Below, piece after piece: positions 29,307 through 44,029 of a DNA stretch of 64,000 bases. Under the pieces are notes generated by a model, which saw only the letters and a program-made list of their open reading frames with translations, was not told the DNA's origin and did not search any database. Origin of the DNA: the human T2T-CHM13v2.0 reference genome, Homo sapiens; NCBI RefSeq assembly GCF_009914755.1, contig NC_060929.1; one strand, given 5' to 3'. Made by a program: the position numbers and the translations under genes. Within the stretch, counting starts at the first letter, position 1. Every line of letters starts with the position of its first letter.

Positions 29307-31676
29307 AAGTAAGGGATTTTAAATATGTACCAGATTCAGAGTAAGCCCACGACAAAGGACAATGCATAAAGCTAGGCTTTTTCGTGGCCCCAAAGGCTCA
29401 AATCTAAATACATAAATTTGTAGAGAAGTTAAGCAAGGATCAAAAGTATTACAGAAGCCAAGTTTTAAACCTTAAAATATCTAACAGAAACAGTATCTGA
29501 ACTGCAAATTTTGAAGACTTTTCTATTTTACTTTACAAATAATTTCAAAACTGTCTTTATTTACTAATGATTACTAAAGTCATTTGAGTTAAAGTTTCTA
29601 TTTTTTGATATGAGATTTGATTTAAGTGCTTACTTTTTCTTTAGGCCAATTAGTTAGAACTTTCAAATATGTTTGTGAAACATCACATACACGTGACACA
29701 TATAAACACATAGACATACAGACCACACAAACAAAAGCAGTTTTTCTAGATTTATAAGATTCTTCATTTGCAAGTTTTAAATAAGAATTTTTTCATTCGT
29801 TCTTCCAATTATCTGCTTTACTGCCCTAGTCAATTGTTAGCCAGGCCACCCTAAATTTGCATGTCTAAAGACACAACACCTATGTGAAACAAGATAGAGA
29901 ATTTACATCTCATAGTACAGACAGAACTAGAGAATTTAAGCTTTTCAAAAGAATTTTGGGTGTGTTAGAGGAAGATTAATAAATGGATGCCAAGGTAATA
30001 TAAAATTACTTAAATTTATCATCAGATTTTATAAGAAAGCCAATTTTATTTAGATAGGGACTTTTAATTTAGTTTTGATCTTTTAAATGGAACATTAAAC
30101 TCAAGGCAGGGCCCACCATGAGTATTGGATTTCGACGAAGGAAGAAACGCCATGGGGACTGGGCCACATAACAGTTTCACAGTGAATTTCGCTACAAGGA
30201 AATTCCTCCAAGGCTGGTGGGCAACCAGATGCCAATCAGCCCACTCTGTGATCAGCCCATTCCCTTGTCATTATATACACCAAAGCCAAATTTTTTACGA
30301 TACAAAGTAATTTCTTGTACCCCCAAAAGCCAAAAAGATAAGGTTACGCAATCCAAAAAAAAGCAGAAGTTTGGATTTGAAAGGACTCTGTTCATTCCAA
30401 CTCTTGGGATTCCCTGAGTTAAAAAAAAAACAGCAATTTCTCTAAAAAAAGTAATCTGCAGTGCCTTTTCTGTTTTTTCTTAAGGAGGGAGAGGGGGTTG
30501 GCGTGGAGGTTAGAAGTCCCAGGCTGTTAAATTTTTTCTTTTTGTCCCCTTATGTTGTACCAAGGGTTGCAAGAGAAAGGACGGGCCTATATAAATAAAT
30601 AGGGAAACAGAGGGAACTCATGTGGCTGGCAGAGGTTTAAGAGAGAAATTTAGTTGACTGAGAGCTTCACAGAGAGAGCAAATAGAGGTCTTATAACTAC
30701 ATATATATTGATATATAATCTAAATGTCAGTTTTTATTGTCGACTTTTGAGGATAGAGCTCTTAAAAATCCTTTCAAATTTCTTATTACTAGATTTTAGA
30801 TAGAACAGTTCATATTTCTAATATTTCTGGCTTTTGAACTGCTTTAACAAAAAGTATCCTCCCAAGTACCTTAACCAAGGATATGACTTAACCTTGGACA
30901 CACAAAATGTCTCCAAAGAGGTGACAAGCAGTTTTTTTACAAAATCCAGAATCACCCAAAAGATAGCTCAGAGAAGGACAGTGTCACTAGCTATAAATGA
31001 GGTATAACCCACACTTCTGTCCGGCCATACTCTCTGGGGTCTTCGTTTCTTGGATGACCTTCCACTCCAAAGGCCCAAAACTCTGTGAACTTCCTGCAGA
31101 TAGAAGAAGGCAGGAAATCAAAGGCTGTTCAAGGAAGGGGGAAAGATCAACAGTAAATTGGTACCCCAAAAGTCACAGAAATAAACTAAGAGATGCTGGT
31201 TCACTGACCAGCAATCAAATCCTTGCCATAGCAGTGAAAGTGCAGAATTGAATTTTAGCTATTGTGCCATAAGGTTAAGTGGCCCTTGTTCCCTGACCAG
31301 ATAGCAAACCTAAGCCATGGTGGGAGTTTTAACTGTTTAGGTCAGATTTTTTTTTCTCTCTCTTAATTTAGCCAAGAGAATTTTTAAGGCTGGCCATGGC
31401 ACTATTATATGTCCTTTTGAAATTTGATCTTTTCATTAATTATGTAGAATAATAGATCTCTATAATCTTTCAGTTAGTAGCACACAGAGAGAAAGGCTGG
31501 GAAGGCAGATTCGTTATATAAAGAAAAACCCTCAGGTAGTCAATTTTTTAAATCTTTCTTAACTGGCCAGGGTTTTTTAGAGGTGGAACTTAACTTTATA
31601 CAGCTATGAGGGTTTCACTTGACATTAGAGGGAGCCAGGAGGTGGTTAAATCTAAGGGAAGATAGACTAAAATTTA

Positions 31677-32117
<441 letters not shown>

Positions 32118-32649
32118 TTAGCTACCAAACCCCAAAATGAAGCCCCAAACCACTTACCTGGAGATGGAGCCCAAGTGGAAGCCTGCTCTTGGCCATCACA
32201 GAAGCAGAAAACTCCCAGAAGAGGAGCTCAGCAGCAGAATAAACCTCAGATCTCAACCAAAAATTATTGGGAGATCAGGGATCTCTGGAGGGAGAAGCTC
32301 CCACACTTTAGCAAATCAAGTCATCTGTCAGGACAATAAGAGCTCCAGCTAGTAGCAGGGCCCTGATAGGGAAGCTGCTGTAGACCGAGGTCTAAACTTC
32401 ACACTCCTTTCAGAGAATGCCTTCATGGCTACCAAAATGTAACCCAACGAAAGAGTGACTGACACAGATCTCAACTGATTAGAGGTTTATCTTGCCAAGG
32501 TTGAGGATGTGTCTGGGAAATAGAAACCCAAGTCACAGTAGGACCTGTGACCAGCACTTTTTCCGAAGAAAGTTTTGAGAATTTCAATATTTAAAGGGGA
32601 AAGAGTGAGCAGGAGGGAAGCTCAGTGAATTAGCACTCAGTGAGTCTAC

Positions 32650-32953
32650 TTTTTTTTTTTTTTTTTTTTGAGATAGAGTCTTGCTCTGTCACCCAGGCTG
32701 GAGTGCAGTGGCACAATCTCGGCTCACTATGACCTCCACTTCCTGGGTTCAAGCGATTCTGCTGCCTCAGCCGCCTGAGTAGCTGGGATTACAGGAGTGC
32801 CCCACCATGCCCAGCTAATTTTTGTATTTTTAGTAGACATGGGGTTTCGCCATGTTGTCCAGGCTGGACTCAAATTCCTGACCTCAGGTGATGCCACCCG
32901 CCTCAGCCTCCCAAAGTGCTGGGATACAGGTGTGAGCCGACCACCGCACCTGG
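32650..32953 (-). mobile_element. AluS inserted in the ERV 5' LTR
   Basis: TSD gagtctactttt on both sides. Confidence 0.92.
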
Positions 32954-33621
32954 TGGAGTCTACTTTTTACATGAGAAAATAAAGGAGTAGAAGGAAAAGT
33001 CAATTATGCATTCCTCTTGTGCTCAGTAAATCTGTTTTACTTAATATTAAATTTTTATATTACCCAATTTAAGCATGTGGAATTATAGCTATCTGTTTGG
33101 GAACAAAAGAAAGTCAGTGATTCAGTTCCCAAGGTTAACTTTGCTTTTGGCATAGGGAGTTTGGGGTCCTAGGATTCTAATTTTCTTTCACAAACATTTT
33201 GGAGAGGGAGTTTGAGTTCTTAAATCTCTGGTCATCTGTTCCACTTCATCATTCTCTTTCATAACAATCTTCCTCAAAACCTTGCCTGAGTGACATTCCT
33301 CTTATTTGCCCTTTTCATAGTCTTTGAATATGAAGTTCCCCAAAACTGTGACTCAGACTTCATCTACATTAGAACAGAATCTGAAAGAGTAGTCATTCTC
33401 TGACACTAATACTTATTTTATGTTAAATCCTACTATCATTATCACTGGCACTTTGCAAAAGTTCCAAATATATTTGCAATGTAACTTCACTTTTTTTCAG
33501 ATTCTTTTAAGGTTTATTTCTAATTTCTTAGAGTAATTAACCAAAATAATTACTGGCTATCATTTATTCTTAAAATGGTGGGCAAGCACTGTTGTATTTT
33601 GGGGAAAAAATCAGTTGTCTT

Positions 33622-34081
33622 TGTAAGAGTTAAAGAGGAATGAAAAATGAAACGCGGCTGGCAGTTAAAGACAGGTTTTCTTTAGTTAAAACCTGAGAGG
33701 CACTCCTGGCTGATTTCGGTCAGTTGCGCTTTCTCTTACAGACTAAGAGAATATATTGGTTTTAGGGTGAGGGGGCTTATCACAAGCTTGGAATGTTTAT
33801 ATGTGTGGAGAAGTTTTTGACAGGATTGGAATCTCTCTGGGAGGAGGGGAGGTTATTTTGGGGCAGGCATCTTTCCGGCCTGGAGTGGGGTTATCTCAGG
33901 GCTAGCATGTCTCTGGTTGAGGAGGAGTTTGGAATGTTTTTGGTTGGAGATGTTATTTGTGGTTTATGGTCATGCTGACCTTAGCCATTAGGCTGATGCC
34001 CTTTGGTTTTAGGTGGCTTTTTATTAAGGTGAACTTTAGAATCAGGGGCTTGTCCAAGATGGCAGTCCTCCTGCTCTGTCA
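33622..34081 (-). mobile_element. ERV1 solo LTR (LTR19-like; family tentative)
   Basis: Minus strand reads TGACAGAGCAGGAGGACTGCCATCTTGGACAAGCC...TTAACTCTTACA. Flanks gtctt/gtcat are a near 5-bp TSD. Confidence 0.75.
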
Positions 34082-34229
34082 GTCATAAAATGAACAAACA
34101 AATCACTAAGGCACCTCCTATAACTTTAAGTAGTTCACTAACTAAAGGAGGAGGCAGAAATATTGCATACATATAATATGTTTATTGCCTAAAGTTCAGC
34201 ATAATATGTGATAAATTTAATAGTAAAGT

Positions 34230-35200
34230 ATTTGTTAATTCTTCCAACAAATGTTTTTGAGCTCCTAGACAGATAGACATCATTCTATGTATTTGGTCAT
34301 CATAGTGACCAAATTTACAATTAATGACATACTGTCATGAATTTTACATTCTGTCTGAGGGAGACAAAAAGTAATCGGTGTAAACAAGTAAGTAGCATTG
34401 AGGAGAAAACAAATGCAATGTAAAGGAGGGACTAGGGAAATACTATAGTTTTAAGAGTGGATAGGATAGACCTCAAATCAACACCAGCATTTGATCAATT
34501 GATCAAGAACTTGAGCTAGCTAGGGAGACCAGCTACAGGAAGAAGGAATGGTCAGTGTGAACACAGGAAGGCAGGAAAAAACAGTACCAAAAAGAGACCA
34601 GAGCGAAGTTAATAAATGGGAAAACAGCAGAAGAGAGGTCAAAGGGGTATGGAGAGGCTTTTGGCCATTATAAGGAGGTAGTTTTCTACTCTGACTAAAA
34701 TGACAAATGACTAAACAGTTTAAAAGAAGGAAATGACCACATAGACAATTTATTTTGAAAAGATTTTTCTGACCACAATGCTGACAGTTGAGTGTAAATG
34801 GGGCAGGATGGAAAGCTATGAGTTAGGAAGCTAATTGTTCCTAATAATTGAGGAAGAAGGTATTGGTGGCGATCAGAAATAGAAACGGTGAGAAGTTGTG
34901 GGACAATGTGTGTTTTAAAAAGAAAACTAATCTTTTTGGAGGTGAGATTTGCAAGAAGCAGTATACAGGGCGACTCGAAAGTCACGGGCCTGAGCACTTC
35001 ACTGGAGGGAAAGCATTGCCAATCAGTGCTGAAGCAGATTGCAGGTGAAGCAAGTTTGGCATGTATTGGTGGGGAAATGTGTGGTACTCTTCTGGATATA
35101 TCAAGTATAAGGTGTTACTATTAGGTAGTAGTTATCTTTGGAATTTCAGGAGAAATTCAGACTTAAATAATAAATTATCTGGTCACAAGTTTTAAAATGA
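34230..35200. mobile_element. L2 fragment
   Basis: Purine-rich decayed L2-like text (caacaaatgtttttgagc, ggccattataaggag, tttgcaagaagc). Confidence 0.55.
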
Positions 35201-36899
35201 CAATTCAAATCCTCATAGCAATGAGAGAAAAAAACAACTTGAGGGAAAATATTGTTCTATAATAGGATTTCGGAATTGAGCCTCTAGGTGAGAGGGTGCA
35301 GTTAAGTATTTGACAATGAGAAATATGCCTTTTTTTTTTTTGCTTTGAAGATTACTAACCTATTTTTTGGTTTTTGCTTTTATTTTTTTTCTTTTCTTTC
35401 ATTTTTATGAAAATAGATGGGTAAGCAAAATGCAAAATTGTATTGCAGACAAGGAGAGAAGTTTGAAGACTGTCACACTGACAGTGAAAAATATAAAGGG
35501 CTCAACTGCAAGGAGAGCATCTTCACGTTAATACCACAGTAGTTTGCAGCTCTATTTATTTGTAAATCTTGTATGCTATGGGGATATTAATACATTGGAG
35601 AACTTATTGTAAAGATTAAGGGCAATCTACTTTAAGTGTATGGCAAAAAACTGACACAGTGGTGCTTAATGATTGTAACTGAAAAATTTATTTTAAAACA
35701 AGAATGGCAGTAAATTAAAGCATATTTATTTTGGGAGATTCTATAGTAAATGAAAACTGACGTGATAGGTATGGAAGATAAAGAAGGCCTCAAGTCTAGC
35801 TTGAACAGCCATAATTGATGGTGAGGCCATTGGAGAATGACAATAGGAAACATTTAGAAAATGTGTTGGGGAGATGTAATGAAATTATTTAGCATTATGA
35901 GTGACTATAACGTGCCAGAGACTGAGCACTGAGAATATAATGGAAGGAAAGACTGTCCTTGAATTAAAGGAGCCCACAACATTTTTTATTAAATTCTTAC
36001 TTTTCATTTTGTATGCCATTTAGTTATTTTGGGGCATATATGTAACATTTCTTATACCATAATTGACTAGAGGCAGAGTCCATAATTCAGTCATTGCTTT
36101 TGTATCCTTGTACAAAATAATTATATGTTCTGTATAATTCAGTTCTTGCAAATTTATAAACTTTATCTCCTTTTACTGTTCACCAAAATCTATGAGGCAA
36201 ATATCAGTCATGATTAGTAATCGACTTCTGAATGAATGTAAGGATCACACCATCCTTCCATTCTTTCATTCATCTATTTGAGCACAAACGACCTATAATG
36301 AGTAAGGGATTTTGAAAAGTGACACTATTTTATTGTTAATAGCTATGTTAAGCTGAAATTTTTAATAAAGACATATGAATATGAGTGTGTATATGTGTAT
36401 TTGTAAATGAAAAAATAAAAGGAATAGTTTCCTTGAATAGTATATGGAGTCTAACAGTCATGTTTTATATGTACATACATGTATATATAACATAGACATA
36501 AATTATATATAGACACTTAGGTAGCTATATTGATAAATGAATACAGATAAATAGATATCCTTAATCTTAAAAAACCTGAATGTTAGGGTTTTATAATTTT
36601 AGAAGATCCTAGACGTCTAATTGCTCACACTTAATTCATGTCTACTGATAAATATCTGCAATTCTTGAGGTTGTGTAATAGTATCTACTTCATATATGGT
36701 GAAATCTCAGCCTGAGTATGTATGTATCATTGCATACATTTTCTTTCGTATTTTGTTGATAGTAGAACCAATGAGAATTGATCAACTTAGTCACCATTTC
36801 TAATGATCAAAAGATTTATAAATCAACTCTTATTAGCTTAAGTTATGAAAAAAAGAAGAGCAAAATGGTTTATTTGCTGTTTAGAAAAGTAAACAATAG

Positions 36900-37272
36900 G
36901 GCATAGCATGGTGGCTCACGCCTGTAATCCAAGCATTCTGGGAGGCCGAGGTACGTGGATCACTTGAATCCAGGAGTTTGAGACAAACCTGGGCAACATG
37001 GTGAAACCTCATCTCTATAGAATATAAAATAAAATAAAAAATAAAATAAGACAAAATAAAATAAAATAAAATAAAATAAAAAATTAGCCAGGGATGATGG
37101 TATACACTTGTAGTGCCAGCTATTGAGAGGCTAAGGTGGGAGGGCTGCTTAAGCTTGGGAGGTAGAGGCTGCAGTGAGCAGTGATCAAACCATTGCACTC
37201 CAGCATGGGCAAAAGAAAGAGTGAGACCCTGTCTCAAAGAAAAAAAAAAAAAGAAAAGAAAAGAAAAAGAAA
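36900..37272 (+). mobile_element. AluJ-like element with (AAAAT)n-expanded linker
   Basis: Dimeric Alu with a linker expansion at 37021-37083. Confidence 0.9.
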
Positions 37273-39294
37273 AATTAATAATGGTAAAAGTTAGATATTG
37301 TGTTAACTATTTTGCAATTTTTTTCATTTAATAGAAAAATCATGCAGTAATATAATGATCTATGATTTATTACATCTCTAGTGTTTAAAACATCCCTTGA
37401 TTTTATAATAGCTGCTCAAAAATTATTTGACGAATGAAGGTGTAAGTAGATGAATAAAAGAAAAGCCCACATTTGTTCAATGAAATGAATGATACGAAGA
37501 GAGGGTTGTCCCAGTCCCCACATAAAAGAGATTTGGGGCATAGAATAATCTATATATTGGGCATTCCTTTCTCTCCTTTGGGAGAGCACAATGGCAGTGA
37601 AATTACTGAGAGAGTTTTAGCAGGTAATTATAGGCATACATTTTACATTTCAGGATCACCAATTAATTTTTAACTTATCACCTTCTGTATCAACAAATAA
37701 GATAGCTGTTACTGAATAATTTCTGTGCAATATAGGCCTTACAGTGACAAAGAAGCCTGTTACTAAATCTCCCTAAAGAGAATTATTGGAAACCTGGATT
37801 GGATGATGTTAAACATTAGTCCTTTAATTTAATAAAAACCAGAATGACACAATAAATGATAGCAAGTTCATGTTACTTTAAAATTACATAAATGAGGAAA
37901 ATTAAAATTATTCAAATAAGAATTCCAATCATTAACATCAAGTATTAATATAAACAACCAATGCTATAAATTTTAAAACTAGTTTTAATCAAATATATAT
38001 TTTGAATCATATCTAATGTAAAATTCTTACAATTTGTACTTTTTAAATTTTTCCATTGTTAGCTGATTTTGTTTTTAATGAGTAGTCCTTTTAGGATATT
38101 GAGGATGTTCTCTCCTTTTAGTTAAACATATATGATCAAACTTTTTTTGTTCCTTAAACTTTGTCCTTTTGACACCTAGCCTTCGGTAAAAATGAATGGG
38201 TTCTTGGAAAAGAGGAAATCTGCCAAATCATGTTATCGTTTAGTCTTGTCATACGACTGTATTTTTAACTAGAATATATATTGTTTTCCTTTTATAATCA
38301 GGCTAACATGCAAACAAAAATATCTGTGTTCAGAGTGATGTGGGCCCTTTCAGTCTGGAAGTTGGGAAAATATCATCACTTAATAAGATTGAAATAATTC
38401 TACATTAAGGACACGTCAGTATTGCACCTTGATTCAATCCAAAAGCACAGCATTTTCACTAAGTAGAGAGCACACTGATCTTTGGTATTATTTACGATAT
38501 ACTCAGCAGGGAACGTGGCTTCCTAGTCTATGCCCAACAAAATGCTCCTTTTATAAATAAATCCTGTTGTGGAGGTTGAGAAATAAGGAATCAGTTAGTG
38601 TCAGCTAACTTTCATGATTCTTAGGAACTCTGGATAATTAGCTGCCAGTGTTTCAATTTTTTTATTTTTATTTTCTTGCCTTCTATGGAATCTTTGACAG
38701 GAAAGCAGGCTTTGTTACAAACAAATGTATCATGCGTTTTAAAATCTTGATATAATTGTAAAGCTGTGTCTTAATGGAATATTCTGCATTATTACTGTCA
38801 TCAGTAGGCATTTTCAAAGTCACCACGGGAGGTAAGTATATTTTCCATTAAAGGATTCTTTTAGTCTGAAATCTGCCTGAACTATTATTCTCTATAAACG
38901 TCAATGGCATGAATGCCATAAAAAATGAGAAAATGTTTTATTCTTTCAGGTATGATTTTAGTGAATATAAACAAAATGAAATTACTGCATTGTTGGTGTC
39001 TTGAGATATTTAGCATAAGGATGGCCATGTTTTAAGTTTGTTTAAATGGCAAATTTTTATGTGTTTTATAAATGACTATTACTTTGTATATGAAGAGTTT
39101 TCCACATATCATAGCATATCAAGACTCGCTGGAAAAATAATTCTTGCCTAAATCATATTAATTTGGTTAGCACTTTCAATACTAATGATAATGACATTGT
39201 GTTCTTACCTGTATGTAAGGTAATTTTGTATCAAGATATTTAGTTCAGGGAGAAAGTCTTCCATCCTAGGGAAAAAAAGAAGCTACAGACAAAG

Positions 39295-39857
39295 TAGTTG
39301 TAAAAACTGGTTTATTTTTTTAAAAATAAATACAAAAATATAAATATAAAACATTAGCAGATAGAATTTGATGAAATGAAATTGCACAAATGTCTGTATA
39401 CCAGGTTGCATATCACACCTACTAACATCACATGTACATTTTTGTTTTTTTAATTTAATGTACAGAACAGGATATACTGTAAAATTTTTCTTCACCTTTT
39501 TAAAAGCTTCATTTGCAAGGGCAGGACATGTACCTAACAGAAGCGGCTTGTTTGTGAGGTTGCTTAAGGGAGAACTATCCTGTTCATGTTTCTGAAATTA
39601 TCTTTTATTTACTAAGATGGACAACACTGTATTTCCATAGCTTTGGCTCTTGGAAGTGATTAAATAAAATGTCATATATATTCCATGAGACATCCTACAG
39701 GAAAGAATTAATGTAATTAATGAACAAATTAAGAAGTAAATGAGAAAAAAAATTGTGCTGACTGGCAGGAAAATGCTCCTGAATATCAAATATTGTGAAG
39801 TGGAGACAGCATGGGTAGAGTTACTTTCTCTTGTTTGAACAGAACATATATCCTACG
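39295..39857 (-). other. CDH10: CDH10 3' UTR (approximate 3' end)
   Basis: AU-rich, repeat-free sequence from the stop codon to just past AATAAA at 39311-39316. The cleavage site is inferred about 15-20 nt downstream of the signal. Confidence 0.65.
39311..39316 (-). terminator. Candidate main polyadenylation signal (AATAAA)
   Basis: tttatt on the + strand, followed on the minus strand by a GU/U-rich downstream element (tttgtctgtagcttctttttttt). Other AATAAA hexamers lie at 39604-39609 and 38937-38942. Confidence 0.65.
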
Positions 39858-40348
39858 TTAAGAGTCTTTGTCACTTTCCCCACCACCATACATTTCTGCT
39901 AGCTTATTAAACCGAGGGCCCCATTCTCGGAGGTAATCGTAGTTTTGGTCTCCTTCAGTAGTACCTGATTCTAATGAACTCAGAGATTCAGCAATGGAAT
40001 CATTTCCTTCATAGGCATAGGTTGCAAGTGAGTCGTAGGGGGGTGCGGTGGGGTCAAGATCATGCTCTTTTAGCCTTTCATTAATGAAATCCCGGACGTC
40101 CGTGTTATCTGGAGCTGTAGGAGTCCTCCGAGGAATAAATAACGTTTCTGGAATAATATCTCGCCGGAGCTTTTTTTCCTCAATGGCTGCAGGATTCCTC
40201 AGGGTGCCGATATCAAAGGCCTGGGTGTCCTCCTCTCCACCACCCTCATCGTTATAGCTCACAATGTTGTCTCTGATATCTTCTTTTGACAAGATCAGAG
40301 GCTCTTTTTTTCGCTGTCTTTTCAGAGCTGCAAACAGTACTACTATAA
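39858..40348 (-). CDS. CDH10: Cadherin-10 terminal coding exon (491 bp coding): end of TM and cytoplasmic domain
   Basis: Acceptor ttttttcaag|TTATAG, stop TAA at 39858-39860. Contains the p120-binding [10 protein letters not shown] and beta-catenin-binding [13 protein letters not shown]...SLSSL motifs. The C-terminus [21 protein letters not shown] matches CDH10 as I recall it. Confidence 0.96.
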
Positions 40349-43300
40349 CTTGAAAAAAGACAAGAAGATACATTAGACGTCCGTTCAAAACACTATAAAT
40401 AACGAGTGGAAATACTATAAAAGAGTTTAAGTTACTCAGGCTTTCTATAACAGCTTAGACTTTCAGATTAATTTTGTGCTTCCCACAGTTTGGGGGAGGT
40501 GTCAGGGGAGACGCTGAAGGGTTTAGCAAGGGTGGGTGGTGTTTAAGATCAGTGTTTCTAATTTATTTTTAAAACAACGTAAAATATTCCTTAAATATAG
40601 TGACTTACACTTTATTTTCCTAGGAACCATTTAGTTCCTCATTGTACAGATAATATTTATCTTCTGCATTAAATAAGGAACATAAGATACTATATAAAAT
40701 TTGTGTGTATAAATCTACACAAATTGAATTCAGCTTCAAGTAAGACAATTTAAAAGGACAACACGATGCTTACTTTTTTCAAAGCATTTACACAATAGCA
40801 AAAAGCAACATCATTCACAACATACTGAGTACTGACTTCTGTTAAATAGCTTTGCTGATGAACTTACATATTTTTGTTACTTTACTAAAAGAATGCTGTA
40901 ATTATTGGAAAAAAAACAGATTAGTTAGAGTTAGATGAATTTAGAAATTCCTAATGTTTCCATGAAAATATATACCTTGCATGAGACCCCCCCCCAAAAA
41001 AAATTGTTAGGTTATAAGATGGCAAAGAGTAAATTTCTCAAATTGCAATACTGAACTAACTCCCCCCAAAAATGTATGAATCTTGGCTAGATTCATAATA
41101 GAAAAGTGCACTGCTCAAAAAGAACATTTTCCCACTTCAATGAGAGACAATATTCATAATCAAAACAGTGGTAATAGCATAAATGATAAGAGAAAGTTAA
41201 TATCAAATTCTTCTGATTGCATTAGAGTTTCTCACCCTTACTCATTATTCCCAAACATTTTGATCCTCAACCTTTAAAAGGATTTGAGGGAAAAAGTGTG
41301 AACTCAATTAGATAAGATAAGGATGGGAAGACTCTTACTGGATATATATATATGAAGAAATATTGATACAAGTATTTATTTAGCTTCTTAGAACACACAG
41401 AACACACATTTAAAGAGTATGTAATTAATTACATTATTATATGAAGGGATATTAAGTTATGTTTTCTTTTTTATTAACATGGAATGCACAGACTAGTTTG
41501 TCTTCAACCTGTGAGAGAAGGCAAACAATAAACTTTTTTAATGTCATGAAAAAGAAAGTTTTAGCTATTGATAAGTGTTCTTGCCCAAGCAATTAAAAAG
41601 CAAATAGGCAGAACTTTTTAAAAAGTGTATTCTTCAAGCTTTTAAGAAAATATGCCATTTTATTTTGCCTAAATTCATATATTTATGCACATGAAAATGT
41701 GTAAAGATTTTAAATCTCAGATTATTTATCATCAACCAAATGACCTTGCCCAGCAAAAACTTTCTAATGTTGAGGATAATGACAACTTATTACAATTCGC
41801 TCCAAGTCCAAGTTCATTTCCCTCTTTTTTGAATGTTTTTTGATTAGGGTAACAGAAATACTCACAAAAAATAGGTTTAAACTAACAAAACTAGAGAGAA
41901 TGCTTAATCTGATTTTAATTCAAAAGCAGTTAAAAGCAGTCTGCTCATGACTATAAAATGAATTATCATTGTTTGGGGGGAAAGTAAACCAGGTAAAAAT
42001 CTATTTTAATACGATTTTAGTGAATATGTAAGATAGTGAGGCCTCCATCCAGCCATAATAAAAGTGGAAATACAGATTCCACTGGGAATCTCTGTATACA
42101 CTGACTAATAGCAAGGTACCTTAGCTCAACCACTCAGAAATTGTGTGACCTTGGAATATGTTCTGAATATTTTGAATTTTCCGTTTCATTATGCATAAAA
42201 TGAAAATAATAACACCATACATGCCAGACATTTTTTTGTCAAGTGAAAAAGGTTGTCATGGCAAAGTGCCAATGAGAGTCTGAAACACAGTAAACACGTA
42301 CTAAAAACTTACTACCATTAATATTATTCTTACTAGAGACTTTCATTTTAATTACATATTTTAATAGAACAAGTTTTCTATATGATTTAAAGTATAAATC
42401 CCCCAAATAAATATTTATATTATTCATATTTGCAATTGTGGATTCAACTATTGTAAAGCACATTTATTAACTTTTCCTCAATGTTTGTTGTACTAATGGT
42501 AAGTCAAATTATAAAAATAAAATTATACCAAATTCTCATTCTATGAAATAAAATGAGGTATGCATTTTTTGTAGTACAGAGAAAAGTTTTGTTCTGGATT
42601 TCATTTCATAGTAACAAATTATAAAATGTATATTTTTTAATACGCACGTTCTCATTTCCTGAACTACATAAAAATCTAATCTTGAATTATTCAATTCATT
42701 CATTTAATGATTTATCTACCATAAGTAATTTACCTTTCTGTTATTTAAACACACAGTGAAAGTGCATAAATGCTATGATAAAAGTAGAAAAGTGGAAACA
42801 TCTATAGAATGAAGTAGACATAATTAAGTCAAATAAAGAACGTGGAAATATTTTTAATCCATTTTTGTTGTTGTTGCAGGCCTTAACTTCATATAAAAAC
42901 ATGCTCTTTTTATAATCATAAAAATATTGCTACAATTTATTATTGTCTGCATTATTTTAAAATTTAAGACTAATGTTAAAGTTGTATTTAACTTTATTTT
43001 GTATATATGAAAAGTTAGCAATTATTGAATACAGGAATGCCGATGGGAAGTGCTCATATGTCAAGTTTTTGAATTGTTATTCTAACAAATGTTATCAACT
43101 TAACCTTTGTCTTTGTTGCTTTTAGTCTTATTGAGATTGATTAATGTCCACCTTACAGAGTTGGGGTTTGAGACCCTACTATTATCTTCCATCTCTTCCA
43201 ACCCCTACTTGATTCCCGTATGGAGGATGTTTCAGAAGAACCATTGCCCCAGACTCTGTTACTACACCACTCAAGAGGAAAATAATGGGCCAGCAATAAA

Positions 43301-43777
43301 ATAACTGGGGTCCTGGCCACTGATGCGTCTCCTTTCATTTGTTCACTGGACCTAGGTTCCGAAGATCTCTTAATTCCATTAGAACATTCAGCATGGCTAC
43401 CAAGAATTTTGTGTCTCAAATTTCCAAGCTCCTACACATGCCATTCTGCATTCATTGTTCTTGCTTTTTCCTTTGTTTACTGCATTGTGGTGAAAGACAG
43501 TTGTTGTTTTTTCTAAATATTTTGATTCACACTGGAATGAATTCTAGGCCCCATTAGGTAAAGTTCCACTATTACTACAACTATAACAAAAATTCTTTAT
43601 ATATTCGTATATATTCCGATCAAATAAAGTATTTTAATATAAAGAATATCACAAAGTTAATTTATGTCTATCTTAAAATTTGGGGTGGTTTTGGGGGAGG
43701 GATTTTAATAGCCACAATTCTTCAAAATCATACTAAAGAGCCTAGAAAATGCTCCCATTGTTTTTAAGGTTTCTTAC

Positions 43778-44029
43778 CCAGTAGAATGATGATGCAGAGG
43801 AGGATGGCGATCAAGGCCCCAGTGCTGAGGCCGGCAGGGAGGAGCAGGGCTTCAGCACTGCAGGATTGCATGTTGCCTTGGCTGTCACAAGCACACACTC
43901 GAATGGTCAGTGTGCCTGTGCTGCTCTGAATTGGGTAATCATTGTCTGATATCACCACAGGCAAGAGATAGGTACTGATTTCATGTCTATTGAATCCATT
44001 TTTTCTGGTTAAGATTCTGGCAGTATTAT
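43778..44029 (-). CDS. CDH10: Cadherin-10 coding exon (252 bp; presumed exon 11), end of EC5 and most of the transmembrane helix
   Basis: Acceptor tttgttttag|ATAATACT, donor CTGG|gtaaga. Encodes [49 protein letters not shown]...[18 protein letters not shown]. Confidence 0.97.

Noticed and set aside
40048-40257. Antisense ORFs over CDH10 exons (also 63512-63739)
   Set aside because: These are shadow ORFs opposite real coding sequence, with no independent evidence.
43153-43419. Possible alternative exon in the last intron (88-aa ORF, GTAAGG near 43156)
   Set aside because: It has no cadherin similarity and no convincing acceptor, and cannot be supported from sequence alone.
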